DNA from: an uncultured cyanobacterium
Lineage (GTDB): Bacteria > Cyanobacteriota > Cyanobacteriia > Cyanobacteriales > Cyanobacteriaceae
Length of the DNA: 64,000 nucleotides
Assembly: GCA_963749915.1 (NCBI GenBank)
Contig: CAVVOP010000009.1
Span: 27,347-91,346 of the forward strand
Direction of reading: 5' to 3'
Shown: one piece after another, positions 40,453-50,652 of the stretch
Position numbering within the stretch: the first letter of the stretch is position 1
How the letters are laid out: each line of letters starts with the position of its first letter
The notes under the pieces: model-generated
Told to the model about the DNA's origin: nothing
Seen by the model: only the letters and a program-made list of their open reading frames with translations
Databases searched by the model: none
Made by a program: the position numbers and the translations under genes

Positions 40453-41124
40453 TTATCCTTTGAGTTTAGGCATAATGTCATTAACAATAATATCAATTAA
40501 ACCTGTGACGATGAATTGAACGCCGATGGCGGCGACAAAAAGTCCCATCACCCGTTGAGTAATACTCAATCCAACGTTTCCCATAAGTTTTTGTAACCAT
40601 TTACCAGAGGCAAGGACCGCAAACACTAAAAAACTGACGACAATTGTCATCACCATCAATTCCAGACCTAAACTGCCCTTTTTAGAAAATGTTTCATTAG
40701 CATAGAGAATGACGTTAGCAATTACCCCCGGTCCTACTAATAAAGGCATCGCCATAGGAATCACGATCTGACGGTAAACGGACTTAGCTTGAGTCAAATC
40801 GTTTTCATTTTCTTCTACCGGTAAAGTTTTTCCTCCGCTACTATCTTTTCCATTAACAATGTTAATACCAATGATTAAGAGTAAAAGACCTCCTGCAAGG
40901 CGAAAGGAATTAATCGTAACCCCAAAAAATTTGAGCATGGGTGATCCGATCACCATAAAAATTAATAATAAACTCATTACCGTAAGGGAAACAAATAAAG
41001 CCACGATACGTTGCACTTTGGTTCGTTCACGGGCAGTATAGGAAATAAAAATCGGTAACATTCCCAGAGGATTTAAGAGGGCAAATAAAGTAATTGCAAA
41101 ATTGCGTAAAAACGACCATTCCAT
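40453..41124 (-). CDS. marC: MarC-family membrane protein
   Basis: LFALLNPLG, FRLAGGLLL, PMAMPLLVGPG, RVMGLFVAAIGVQFI. Confidence 0.88.
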   Translation of the reverse strand: MEWSFLRNFAITLFALLNPLGMLPIFISYTARERTKVQRIVALFVSLTVMSLLLIFMVIGSPMLKFFGVTINSFRLAGGLLLLIIGINIVNGKDSSGGKTLPVEENENDLTQAKSVYRQIVIPMAMPLLVGPGVIANVILYANETFSKKGSLGLELMVMTIVVSFLVFAVLASGKWLQKLMGNVGLSITQRVMGLFVAAIGVQFIVTGLIDIIVNDIMPKLKG

Positions 41125-41218
41125 TTTGTTAATTAATCCTTAAATTCCTCGTCGTAGGCGATCGCAATTAAATCACTCATGTTCGTTAAATTAATTACTC
41201 TTTTAAATTAGTTTGGCA

Positions 41219-41263
41219 ATCATAGCTCATTCCCTCGATTTTTTTCTTGCCATTTCGTGCCAA
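41219..41263 (-). promoter_or_regulatory. Operator plus -10 box (site 2)
   Basis: TTGGCACGAAATGGCAAG-N21-TATGAT. Confidence 0.7.
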
Positions 41264-41400
41264 ATTTAAATCAATTTTTGGAGATGTCTATTGCTCGAAC
41301 GAGGGCTGGAGGGCTCACAGGTGTAGGTTTTTTACAAAAACATTCTGATGAGGGTGAAGACTTGCGGGGACAAGGGTGGAAAGTGGACAAGGAAGAGGGG

Positions 41401-41981
41401 CAATACTGCGAGGGATTTGCCCGAAAATCTTACTGTGAAGATGAAGTAATGAGTAATGAGTAATGAGTAATGAGTAATGAATAAAAATTTAACTAGATTG
41501 TTTTTCTTTTAATTTATTGATTGAACTCATTAATATTTTAATAATTCTTTCATTCTCTTCTATCATTTTTTGAAATTTAGATTGTGATACTAGCTCTGAT
41601 TTAATCATTATTTTTATCCAATAAAGGGTCTCATTTGCTGCTTTTAAAGCTATAGAATATTTGTTAATAAATCCTTCTTCGACTGTGCATATTTTGCTTC
41701 TGAACAATTAGCCCCAATTGATGTCCCACTTCTTAAAAATTGTTTTGATAAAACTTTAGCTGCATCATCAAAGTTCCTTTTGTTCAGTTCGGAATAAGCT
41801 TTAATAATTCTGATAGCAAAATCTTCTGTTCTTTCTTGAATACTAATATTTATGTTATTATTAATCATTATAAACAATAAATATTTACTTATTACTCATT
41901 ACTTATTACTCATTACTCATTACTTATTACTCATTACTTTAACCTCACCGTAACGTTTTTACCACTAACCGAGCAGTATTG
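41401..41981. mobile_element. Inner non-autonomous element carrying a four-helix-bundle gene
   Basis: TIR CAATACTGC at both ends; 10-bp TSD GGAAGAGGGG at 41391 and 41982. Confidence 0.85.
41489..41868 (-). pseudogene. Four-helix-bundle protein (23S rRNA IVS / TIGR02436-like), 1-nt frameshift near 41670
   Basis: FAIRII...LSKQFLRSGTSIGANCSEAKYAQSKKD/FINKYSIALKAANETLYW. Confidence 0.85.
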
Positions 41982-42222
41982 GGAAGAGGGGAATCGTTTA
42001 AGAAACATTTTGTTACGAATAATACAGAAATGGCTGAAAAGACCATTTTTCGTTTGTACTATCTCCCTTGTCTGCTGTCCTTCGTTCCTTCCTTGTCTTG
42101 TCTCAACCCAAATGTAAAAAACCTACCCTTGTCAGGGGCTGGAGGGTGAATAATACCGCCAAAAGTAGAAGGCGAGACTATTTTAAATTTATAAATTAAT
42201 TCATAAGATAAATATTCCTTAG

Positions 42223-42762
42223 CTAAAACAGTCGATAAAAACTAAGTCTTCCGACTCCCATGGGTAAACCAGTGGGATTATTTCCGGCGGGGAAAGTAGT
42301 TACACTATAGAGATAAGTGCCCTCGTTGGGAGGATTTCGTTGAGCCTCAAGACGGATGGTAAAAGTAGTTCCCGGAGGGACTGGAGGATTAAATACAACT
42401 GTAACAGCTTGAGTTTGAGGATCTTGAGTTGTTTGAATAGCTAAAGGTTTGCTTACATTTCCCTGAGTACCAATAAAAGCATAAGTACTAGCTGAATCAA
42501 GAGGAATGATACTAACGTTTTCCTGTTGTTGAATAGTTACTTTTCCCAAAGATTCCACAGAATTATTAGGAAGATGAAAGGTAAAATAGTAATGAGCATT
42601 GGGCCAGTTGACAGTAGAATCAGGAGTTTGCGCTCCGACAAAAAGTGGCGGTTGTCCCGTAAAAAAAGTAGAATCATTTAGCTGTTGAGCATAAGCCGAA
42701 AATGATAAGCTAAGACTACTAGCACTTAAAATTATGGGAGAAATAAGTCTCATTATTTTCAT
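42223..42762 (-). CDS. DUF2808-like secreted protein (paralog of 32951)
   Basis: Clearly alignable with 32951..33514. Confidence 0.8.
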   Translation of the reverse strand: MKIMRLISPIILSASSLSLSFSAYAQQLNDSTFFTGQPPLFVGAQTPDSTVNWPNAHYYFTFHLPNNSVESLGKVTIQQQENVSIIPLDSASTYAFIGTQGNVSKPLAIQTTQDPQTQAVTVVFNPPVPPGTTFTIRLEAQRNPPNEGTYLYSVTTFPAGNNPTGLPMGVGRLSFYRLF

Positions 42763-42823
42763 TAATTTACTCCTTGAAAATTTGATTTATTTAATTAATA
42801 TTAATGATTAATTTAGAGATTGA

Positions 42824-42926
42824 TCAAGCGGTGTAATTTCGGGCTTGAAAAATAATTTACTTAAGTTTCCTTATAAGTATGAAACAAATTTTCCATAAGA
42901 GCAATAACAAAAACTGCAAAAGTATA
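42824..42926 (-). pseudogene. Internally deleted remnant of a 37451-type gene
   Basis: Matches 37467-37512 joined to ~37655-37711. Confidence 0.6.
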
Positions 42927-42988
42927 ATTTAAAAGACAAAATCTTTACATTTCTTAACACCGTGTCCTATTTTGCGCGTATCTTTTCC

Positions 42989-44602
42989 CTACCCCTCATA
43001 GAGTCCAGATAAACTGGATTGGGATTGACGTAATTGGCGACGCACCACAAATTCCATTAAGGTAAAAACCCTTAAAGCAATCGTTAATAAAAACATCAAC
43101 CCTTTAATCTTATCTTCATCTCTAAAATAAATGGGTAAAGCAGATAAGCGACCTTTTTTAAAGCGATGAAATCCTCTTTCTGGTTGCCATTGTTCTTTAT
43201 AATCTGACACTGCTTCTGTCAAAGATAACCGTTCTAAGGAGGCATTAGTGACATATAACCGCCAACCTGCTATGGTTTTAAAAGACTCAATTTCGGAATT
43301 TAAACGACTGTAGTTAATAATTAATTGAGTTTCACGAACCCGACGATAAGAAGATGGCTCACTGCGACTGCCACGACCTTTATATACTTTATTGTAGCTT
43401 TGCTTTTTCTCAATTGAGTAAGTGATATACTTCGTTAATCCCTGTGTTTTCAGAGCTTCTCGTACCTTTTCCTCTAAGAGCTTCTCGTCTTTACCCGGTC
43501 TTTTTTGCAGAGATAATAATTTCTCTTCCCCTTTATTTAAACGATTTTCTAATCCTTTTATCTGACGAGAGGCCAAGGCATTTGATTTAACGACTAACCA
43601 TCTTTCATTCCACTGATAACGTTTTTTATTCTCTGGGTCAATCCAGATACTTCCTAAAGGAACTTCAAATCCTAATCCCATTTCTTTATCTTCTAATTCT
43701 TCTTCTTTTTCCACGATTTTAACGACTTCACTTGGGGGATTACTTACCCAATCAGCTAATAGTTTAGGGCGAGGTTGATTCATGGCCAAGGGAAAACAGT
43801 AAATTCCTCCTTCTGCTTGGATTTTTGCCCGATTCTCATAACTTGAGGCTTTTGAGTCTGCTAAATATAGGAAATCTTTTTTTCCGAGTATTTCTGTCAT
43901 TTTTCGCCATGTGGGTACATAATCCTTCTCATCCGTCTCATTTCCTGCCAAGGTCATTCCTAGTAAGGGCAGTCCTACTGGGTCTAATGTGGCCAACATT
44001 TGACGATATTGCCTTAAATCGGGTCGTTTATCTTTACTATATCCAAATTTTAACAGGGATGATTCTTCTTGAGCTTCTGAGATTTGATGATGTACTGAGA
44101 AACTTGTTGTATCACTTCGGCATTTTTCCGTGGGTAATTGATAAGCTTTGACCAGATATTGACATAATGATGTCTCTATCTGGCGTAAACTGTCTGATAA
44201 ACCTAATGTTCTTAATAAGTCTCCACAACGGTCATCGGTTGCCTCTTTATCTCTTATTTTCCATCCTGTTGTTCCTTCTAGACTTCTTTGATGTTCATTT
44301 ACCCATGTTTCTAAACAACACATTCTATGATCTCCTTCGCTCACGATATAGGTCAGCAATAATACGGCTAGTTCCCCATAGCTCAATCCTGTGCGATTTC
44401 CATGAGGCTTTTCCAGATTCTCATCTATCATTGATGCCACTTTCATTTGTTGCAACCAATGAATAATCACGGGGAGATCATCTATTCGCTCTGACTGTAT
44501 CTGTGTGGTAATTATTTTGACTCCTTAAACTTAAACCTTTACTACACAAGGATTTTAACCTTTTTTGTCCTCGATCACTTTTTCATTTAAGCGAACGGTG
44601 AG
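42989..44602 (-). mobile_element. IS1634-like element with 3'-truncated transposase
   Basis: ERIDDLP, RSDTT, FGYSKDKRPDLRQ, ADSK, YKEQWQPERGFHRFK; end CTCACCGTTCGC near 44602; ORF stops at LYEG. Confidence 0.8.
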
Positions 44603-45025
44603 TCAGTTAAACTATTCGTAATTATTTTTTGAAGATTCATGGGGATTATTCAAGGTTTGATAAGGGGGTTATCCCTCTAGCTTAACCCAATTAAGCAGCG
44701 AGAGTCCCCATTTTCTGATTTTTATTGAGTTAATCCCCTTTCTGCGTCTTCTCTAAGTCTTCTCTCTGTTTTTTCTTCGTCTTTTTGCCTCCAAGCCCCC
44801 CCAACTTTTTCCTGTTTGTAGCGATCTCCTTATTTCGTGGTGTTCTCATCACAACGGAGCCGGACTGATCTCACAGCCCGCATGAGCTTTTCCCAAAACC
44901 CCCATCCCCAGTCCCTTTCACCGACTTCAGGTCGATGCGACCTTTTTGCGTCGCTCCCGTTAAGACTTGACTTTTAGAACAAATACATTAGCTTGCTCCT
45001 CAAGAGTTAGGAACGTACGATCGAT

Positions 45026-45622
45026 TTAGGTTTCAGCGACCCGATTAACTTCTTCTTCCCCAGTAGCGAGAGATTGTTTAGCTGCCCGGAAAAACAGTAG
45101 CAGACTAACCCCCGTTGTTATCAGGTTGATCCCGACCAACAGACCGAGAAGCGTCAAGGAGTCGAAAGGCCAGTTACTCCAGATCAAAATACCTAAAATA
45201 ATGCCGATAATGCCACTGGCCAACAGCAAAACTCGGTTTTGGTTCGGGCGCAGTTCAAAGGCATTGATCACTTGCATTGCCCCTTCGATAAAGAAGAGAA
45301 TTCCAATTACGAGGGTCAGGTCAAGGATTGAAAAAATCGGATGCCTCAAGATCCAAAAACCGACGACGAGGTAAAAAATGCCGATCAGGAGGTTGAGAAT
45401 AAAATGTCCTACCGGGTTATTGCGAGTCTGAAAAGCGTAGGCTAGTTGCAAGATGCCGAACAGCAACAGCACAAAGCCAAGGACATTAAACGTGAAGACT
45501 GTCGCAAACAAAGGATATAGAATCGCAAGCCCCCCCAGAACAATCATGAGGATGCCGAGTGCGATCGCGGCCTTATAGTTCTGTTGGAATTCCCGGCGAG
45601 TTTCGGGATTGAGGTTAAACAT
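45026..45622 (-). CDS. HdeD/DUF308-family membrane protein
   Basis: Six-TM pattern; LGILMIVLG...WPFDSLTLLGLLVGINLITTG. Confidence 0.85.
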   Translation of the reverse strand: MFNLNPETRREFQQNYKAAIALGILMIVLGGLAILYPLFATVFTFNVLGFVLLLFGILQLAYAFQTRNNPVGHFILNLLIGIFYLVVGFWILRHPIFSILDLTLVIGILFFIEGAMQVINAFELRPNQNRVLLLASGIIGIILGILIWSNWPFDSLTLLGLLVGINLITTGVSLLLFFRAAKQSLATGEEEVNRVAET

Positions 45623-45725
45623 GATGATGGCTTCTCCATAGAATGGGTGACTAAATATTTCTAAAAAACAAGCGGGAACCCAGATCCGGGCTCCCGCTCC
45701 GGTCAATGACAGGCGGTTCGTGCGG

Positions 45726-47552
45726 TTATTCGCTCGGGTGATGCGCGTTGGCTTTCTTGACCTGTGCGAGAATACTACTCAGGTTGTAGGATTCTGGTGC
45801 TTGCAACGGTGGGAACTTCTCGTAAGACTCCAGTTCCTTGAGCCATAACTGCTGGCCAATCGGCAACATATTCCAGTCATATATATAGCCGGTCACGGGG
45901 CCGCCCAGGGCACCGCCCAAGCCAAACGCCGTCTTCACGTTGGTGCCAACCGCTTGCTCGAAGGGGTCGCGCTTGATGTTCTGAACTAAGGTGAAGTTGA
46001 AATCGGTGAGTGGGAGGAGCCAGCCATCCGCTCCAGGTTGAGCCATGCTGTAGTACATCTTCCAGTTCTTGTAGCGCACCGCCGACGGCGTTGCCCCGGA
46101 GTAATAGAAGAAGTAATCTCGCGCCGACTTGTCAGACTTGCCTTCGAGATAGGCCCGCTGATTGACCCCATCCAGCGTCGTCTTGACGATACCAGGGTAA
46201 TTGCCAGCCTCGATCTGTTTCTTCAACTCGTCTCCCTTGGCTCCACCGGCGATGTCCACCAGCGTCGGCACCCAATCCAGTGCCGCGAACAACTGATTAT
46301 ATACTGTTCCTGGCTGGACGTGTCCGGGCCAACGAATGACTGTTGGTGAGCGGTAGCCACCCTCCCAAGCTTCGCCCTTTTGTCCCTTAAACGGCGTGAT
46401 GCCGCCGTCGGGGAAGGAGATCATCTCGGCCCCGTTGTCGGTGGTGAAGACGATCAGGGTATTGTCGAGCTGGCCCATGTCCTCCAGTTTCTTCAGCACA
46501 TAGCCGATGTTATCGTCCATCTGCTTCATCCCAGCTTCGTTGACCCCCCAATCCTTGCCGCCCTTGGTTCCCACCATATTCATATACTTGTCGGATAGTA
46601 CTGTGGTAACGTGCATCCGCGCCGGGTTATACCAGACGAAGAAGGGCTTGTTGGTCTTTTTGGGATCGTTGCGGTCGAGGAAGTCGATAACCTTAGCCGA
46701 TATCTCCTCGTCCACCGTCTTCGATCGCTCTAGGGTCAGCGGGCCTTCGTCCTTACAGGACTGGTTCTTTTCTGTGCCGTCGGAAGACTTACACCAGAGG
46801 ACTGGGCGGGGCGGGGTGAGGCAGATCGTGGTTGCGGCATCCACAGCACCGGGAACTGGGGCGAGACCGGGAACGGGAGTGTTTTTACAGGGGGGAGCGA
46901 CGGCTTGCTCGGTCGGGCTTTTGTTAATGTCGGGGAAGCTCACCTGCTGCATGGCATCGAGGTGATAGAGATATCCCCAGTACTCCTCGAAGCCGTGGGC
47001 CGTCGGCAGAGACGCGGTGTGATCCCCCAGGTGATTCTTGCCGAATTCGCCAGTAGTGTAGCCCCGATCGCGCAGGAACTTGGCCAGCGCGGGAGTCCCA
47101 GGCCTGAGGTAGGAGGGGCTGCCGGGCAACTGGGGCGGGATCATGCCCGTGCGGAGGGGGTACATCCCCGTGAAGAAAGCATTGCGCCCTGAGGTGCAAC
47201 TCTGCATGGCCACGTAGTCCATGAAGATGCCGCCCTCCTTGCCGATGCGATCGACGTTGGGGGTTTCCCCCACCATCAGTCCCCGGTGGTAGATGCTCGG
47301 CTGCATCCAGCCGATGTCATCGCCCATGATGAACAAGATGTTAGGCTTATTCGCAAATTTCTCAGTCGGTTGCCCAATTGATGGCGAACCGCTCGTAGTC
47401 GTCGTAGTCGTCGTAGTCGTCGTATTACCCGTCGGGGAAGGCGAGACCGCCGTTGTTTCGGGGGATTGCCCTCCGCAAGCAACTAGGGATATGCTTAGGA
47501 AGAGAACCAGCAACAGGCTCAACAATCGTTTAATTAAGGGTGGATTGAGCAT
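45726..47552 (-). CDS. Lipoprotein arylsulfatase (Cys-type)
   Basis: LVAC lipobox, poly-Thr linker, PNILFIMGDD, SCTSGR, FGKNH, TDNG, WEGG. Confidence 0.92.
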   Translation of the reverse strand: MLNPPLIKRLLSLLLVLFLSISLVACGGQSPETTAVSPSPTGNTTTTTTTTTTSGSPSIGQPTEKFANKPNILFIMGDDIGWMQPSIYHRGLMVGETPNVDRIGKEGGIFMDYVAMQSCTSGRNAFFTGMYPLRTGMIPPQLPGSPSYLRPGTPALAKFLRDRGYTTGEFGKNHLGDHTASLPTAHGFEEYWGYLYHLDAMQQVSFPDINKSPTEQAVAPPCKNTPVPGLAPVPGAVDAATTICLTPPRPVLWCKSSDGTEKNQSCKDEGPLTLERSKTVDEEISAKVIDFLDRNDPKKTNKPFFVWYNPARMHVTTVLSDKYMNMVGTKGGKDWGVNEAGMKQMDDNIGYVLKKLEDMGQLDNTLIVFTTDNGAEMISFPDGGITPFKGQKGEAWEGGYRSPTVIRWPGHVQPGTVYNQLFAALDWVPTLVDIAGGAKGDELKKQIEAGNYPGIVKTTLDGVNQRAYLEGKSDKSARDYFFYYSGATPSAVRYKNWKMYYSMAQPGADGWLLPLTDFNFTLVQNIKRDPFEQAVGTNVKTAFGLGGALGGPVTGYIYDWNMLPIGQQLWLKELESYEKFPPLQAPESYNLSSILAQVKKANAHHPSE

Positions 47553-47615
47553 CTATAAAATTAACTCCAGTAAAATTATCGGGTCAGAACAGGAAAATTC
47601 GCCTTTGTGATTGAC

Positions 47616-48653
47616 TTAGTCCAATGTTTTCGTGTCAGTTGGATTGGTCACGAGACGGAAACCGAGATGGGCCATGCCCGTATCCGGTTCTAGAGCCTCC
47701 CTTGCCGCCGGACGGTAACGGGTGCAATAGTTGCGGGAGCATAAATAGGAACCTCCTTTAATAACGTGTTTAGCCACACCCAGTTCGCGGGGGTCGAAGC
47801 TTTGTTCAGCTTGAGCAACGACGGGATTGACTTGGTGAGCCATGCCGGGGTGTCCCGGACGATACCAATCCAGCGTCCATTCCCAAACATTTCCCGTCGT
47901 GTCATACAACCCATAACCATTGGGGGGAAACGAGCCCACGGGGGCTGGGCCGAGATAGCCGTCCGCCTGGGTATTTTTAACCGGAAACTCGCCCTGCCAG
48001 GTGTTAGCTTTCTTGGGAGAATAGGTGTTGCCCCAGCCAAAAACCTTATTTTTGAGCTTGCCCCTGGCCGCAAATTCCCATTGCGCTTCGGTGGGGAGGG
48101 ATTTCCACGCCCATTGAGCATAGGCTTCCGCGTCTTTATAGGCGATATGGACGACGGGATAGTTTTCTTTCCCTGCCAGATTGCTGTTCGGCCCTGTGGG
48201 ATGTTGCCAGCTTGCCCCCGGTGTCCAGTGCCACCAGCTCAGATAGGCGACTTGCTCAACTTGGGTTCCCTCTGGTGGTGGTTCAAAAACCAGGGAACCA
48301 GGCGATCGCTGTTCATCCGTCAAATCGGGATATTGATCCTTGGGGATAGGAAGTTCGGCGATCGTCACATAGCCCGTCTCCTTCACAAACTGAGCAAACT
48401 GGGCATTGGTGATTTCATACTTGTCCATGCAAAAGCTATCCACTGTGACTGCTTCGGCAGATAGCTCATCAGGATAGTGGTCGTTGGCACCGATGCGAAA
48501 CGTGCCGCCCGGAATCAACACCATCCCAACCGGGCAGTGGGTACTTGCCAGTGCCAGAGCAGGGGGCGGATTGAACCCGCTAAAGAGCATTAGGAGAGCA
48601 ACCAACAGGCTGGGCATTAACCAGGGCAAAATCGGGTAAATCGTCTTAGACAT
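47616..48653 (-). CDS. Formylglycine-generating enzyme with signal peptide
   Basis: LPTEAQWEFAARG, GNVWEW, KGGSYLCSRNYCTRYRPAAR, LGFR. Confidence 0.9.
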   Translation of the reverse strand: MSKTIYPILPWLMPSLLVALLMLFSGFNPPPALALASTHCPVGMVLIPGGTFRIGANDHYPDELSAEAVTVDSFCMDKYEITNAQFAQFVKETGYVTIAELPIPKDQYPDLTDEQRSPGSLVFEPPPEGTQVEQVAYLSWWHWTPGASWQHPTGPNSNLAGKENYPVVHIAYKDAEAYAQWAWKSLPTEAQWEFAARGKLKNKVFGWGNTYSPKKANTWQGEFPVKNTQADGYLGPAPVGSFPPNGYGLYDTTGNVWEWTLDWYRPGHPGMAHQVNPVVAQAEQSFDPRELGVAKHVIKGGSYLCSRNYCTRYRPAAREALEPDTGMAHLGFRLVTNPTDTKTLD

Positions 48654-48911
48654 CCGCTTTTAACGTGTCATTCGTTTGATAAGTAGCAAGGCCCAATCAT
48701 TTATAACTCACATTTATAAAACAACTGAACGACCTGAGATTACCTTACCAAAAATGGCAAACTTCTGGCAAGGCAAGTAAACAATTCTTGACAGAGCATC
48801 GGTGATAATTGATGGTTTTTGCCATTGCTAGAATAAGATAACGTTATGGTTTAACCACTCCAGCCGCCAATAATGCAAAAGCTTATCCATCAAGCGTTTC
48901 AATCTGAGTTC

Positions 48912-49328
48912 TTAGTCCGACTCTGTTTCAGCAGCATCCATCCGAGCTACTAAAGCTTCTAAGATGGCTACTTCTGCTTCTTCAACAGCTGCTGACGCAA
49001 AGACGATCGCCGCAACTGCATACTCTTCAGCACGGTTGGCACGAGCTAAGAGCTTTTTTTGTTCTCGCTTGGCTTTCCATTCCGCAACTTGAGACTCTAA
49101 CTCTGTTTTCTTGGTCTCAACACGTTCTTCCAACTTGGCTTTTGCCTTGGCCATTTCTTGCTTTTTCGCTTCTACTTTGGCTTTCGCCGCCTCCAGTTTA
49201 GAGTGAATTGCGGTCTCGGCTTCTTTAGAAGCATCTTCTACGTGTGTCTTAACTGTATTTAAGTGACTAGTAATCGCATTCAATTTGTTCTGAAGGTTAC
49301 TACGAAGATTATCAATTGTCTGACTCAT
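48912..49328 (-). CDS. Ala/Glu/Lys-rich coiled-coil protein
   Basis: RANRAEEYAVAAIVFASAAVEEAEVAILEALVARMDA. Confidence 0.75.
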   Translation of the reverse strand: MSQTIDNLRSNLQNKLNAITSHLNTVKTHVEDASKEAETAIHSKLEAAKAKVEAKKQEMAKAKAKLEERVETKKTELESQVAEWKAKREQKKLLARANRAEEYAVAAIVFASAAVEEAEVAILEALVARMDAAETESD

Positions 49329-49480
49329 TATGTTTCTCCTTGAAATAGTTAAATTTATTGTTAACTTCCGTAAGAAGCTATTGATACTGTTGGGGTTTCC
49401 CCATGGGTTTATACGGCTCGGGCAGCGCTTCGCTCTCGCACCGCTGCATTCTTAATTCTGCATTGGTTTACCACATAGTT

Positions 49481-49972
49481 CTATTCTTCGCTAAAATGCC
49501 CTTGTAATTTTGCCTCCTGCTCTTTGGTGAGGTTGGAACGAATTAATGTTGCTTTTTCTCCTTTGAGAGCATCTTCAACTTTATCGAGAGTTACATCACC
49601 GGTTAAGAGGAATAATGCGGAAGTTCCTTTAGTTACTTTATCTCTCACTTCTTTAATGAAATCATCATCAATACCGTAATCTTGAAAATGTCCCGATAAG
49701 GCTCCTGTTAATGCTCCCACTGCCGCTCCGAAAAGTGGGACAAAAAAGATTAAACCAAAAAGCATTCCCCAAAAAGCTCCATCTAATGCTCCCAGACCTA
49801 CCAGGGGAACAGCTTGTTCTGTTTTCGGTTTCTTTTTCTTTTCTGGCCAAGTGACCATCGCTGCATCTTGAATTTCAATCAAGTGCTGTTTTTGCAGTTC
49901 TTGCAGTTTTGCTAACACGTTTTTCGCTCCATCAGGGGTGTGAAACTGCCAGACTGTTAATGATGATGACAC
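49481..49972 (-). CDS. DUF1269-family protein
   Basis: GAFWGMLFGLIFFVP, DYGIDDDFIKEV, GTSALF. Confidence 0.88.
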   Translation of the reverse strand: MSSSLTVWQFHTPDGAKNVLAKLQELQKQHLIEIQDAAMVTWPEKKKKPKTEQAVPLVGLGALDGAFWGMLFGLIFFVPLFGAAVGALTGALSGHFQDYGIDDDFIKEVRDKVTKGTSALFLLTGDVTLDKVEDALKGEKATLIRSNLTKEQEAKLQGHFSEE

Positions 49973-50071
49973 AATAATTTATTCTCCTTATTTAGATATT
50001 TTGGATTTTTGTATTTATTTGTTCAAACTCAAAAAATACCTTGCCTTGGCATTTTTGCGACTGACCGCTAC

Positions 50072-50116
50072 AGTGTAACTATTCTTGGCAATATTTGTCT
50101 TGCCATTTTGTGCCAA
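50072..50116 (-). promoter_or_regulatory. Operator plus -10 box (site 3)
   Basis: TTGGCACAAAATGGCAAG-N21-TACACT. Confidence 0.7.
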
Positions 50117-50149
50117 TTTATGATTTAAAAATCAGTTTTCTTTAATGTT

Positions 50150-50593
50150 ATGGCTATAACCTCCATCGCTTTTCCTCGTTATTTTTCAGCCTTACCTTTT
50201 CCTTCAGGATTGAATTTACGTGAAGATCAACAACACCAAGAATCCGAACAATTGCAAAACTCTGCACCTTCTTCTCAATTTTCTCATTCTTTGGCACAGG
50301 CGATCGCCGCTCGATTACGGGAAGGTTATCCATCTCTTCATATAGCTTCAGAAATTGCACAAATGTCTATTCGCTCTTTACAAAGAAGATTAGCAGAGGA
50401 ATGCTTAACCTATTCTCAACTGATAACTCGTATTCGTTATGAAAAAGCTGTTTATTTACTGCAAAATTCCAACTTAAAAATTATTGAAATTGGTTACGAT
50501 TTGGGATACCGAGATCCGGCCCATTTTACAAGGGCTTTCAAAAGTTGGACAGGACGATCTCCTCAACAGTTTCGTCATTCGCAAATTATATAA
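50150..50593 (+). pseudogene. AraC paralog reduced to its DNA-binding domain
   Basis: Aligns to the C-terminal part of 36232..37287 from ITSIAFPR; sensor domain absent. Confidence 0.75.
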
Positions 50594-50652
50594 GGGTAAC
50601 TTATAGCGATAAGTTTACTCAGTAAGTTCCTCATCGTCATTTTACTTGCTTG

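Larger units (their letters stand above)
41314..42135. mobile_element. Outer MITE (~230 bp net) containing a nested element
   Basis: TIR CTCACAGGTGTAGGTTTTTTACA / CTGACAAGGGTAGGTTTTTTACA; 11-bp TSD GGGCTGGAGGG at 41303 and 42136. Confidence 0.8.

Noticed and set aside
41257..41463. 68-aa ORF
   Set aside because: Runs across the operator, MITE ends and heptamer repeats; spurious
41489..41868. Diversity-generating retroelement (Avd-like gene, FGE/CLec-fold genes nearby)
   Set aside because: No reverse transcriptase and no adenine-specific TR/VR pair seen; the FGEs have catalytic Cys motifs
44610..45010. Possible ncRNA or IS remnant beside IS1634
   Set aside because: Could not establish paired ends, an ORF or a convincing structure
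47766..48464. Long antisense ORF (also 32068..32541, 46507..46965, 52657..53064 and similar)
   Set aside because: Shadow frames of GC-rich sense genes with no recognisable motifs
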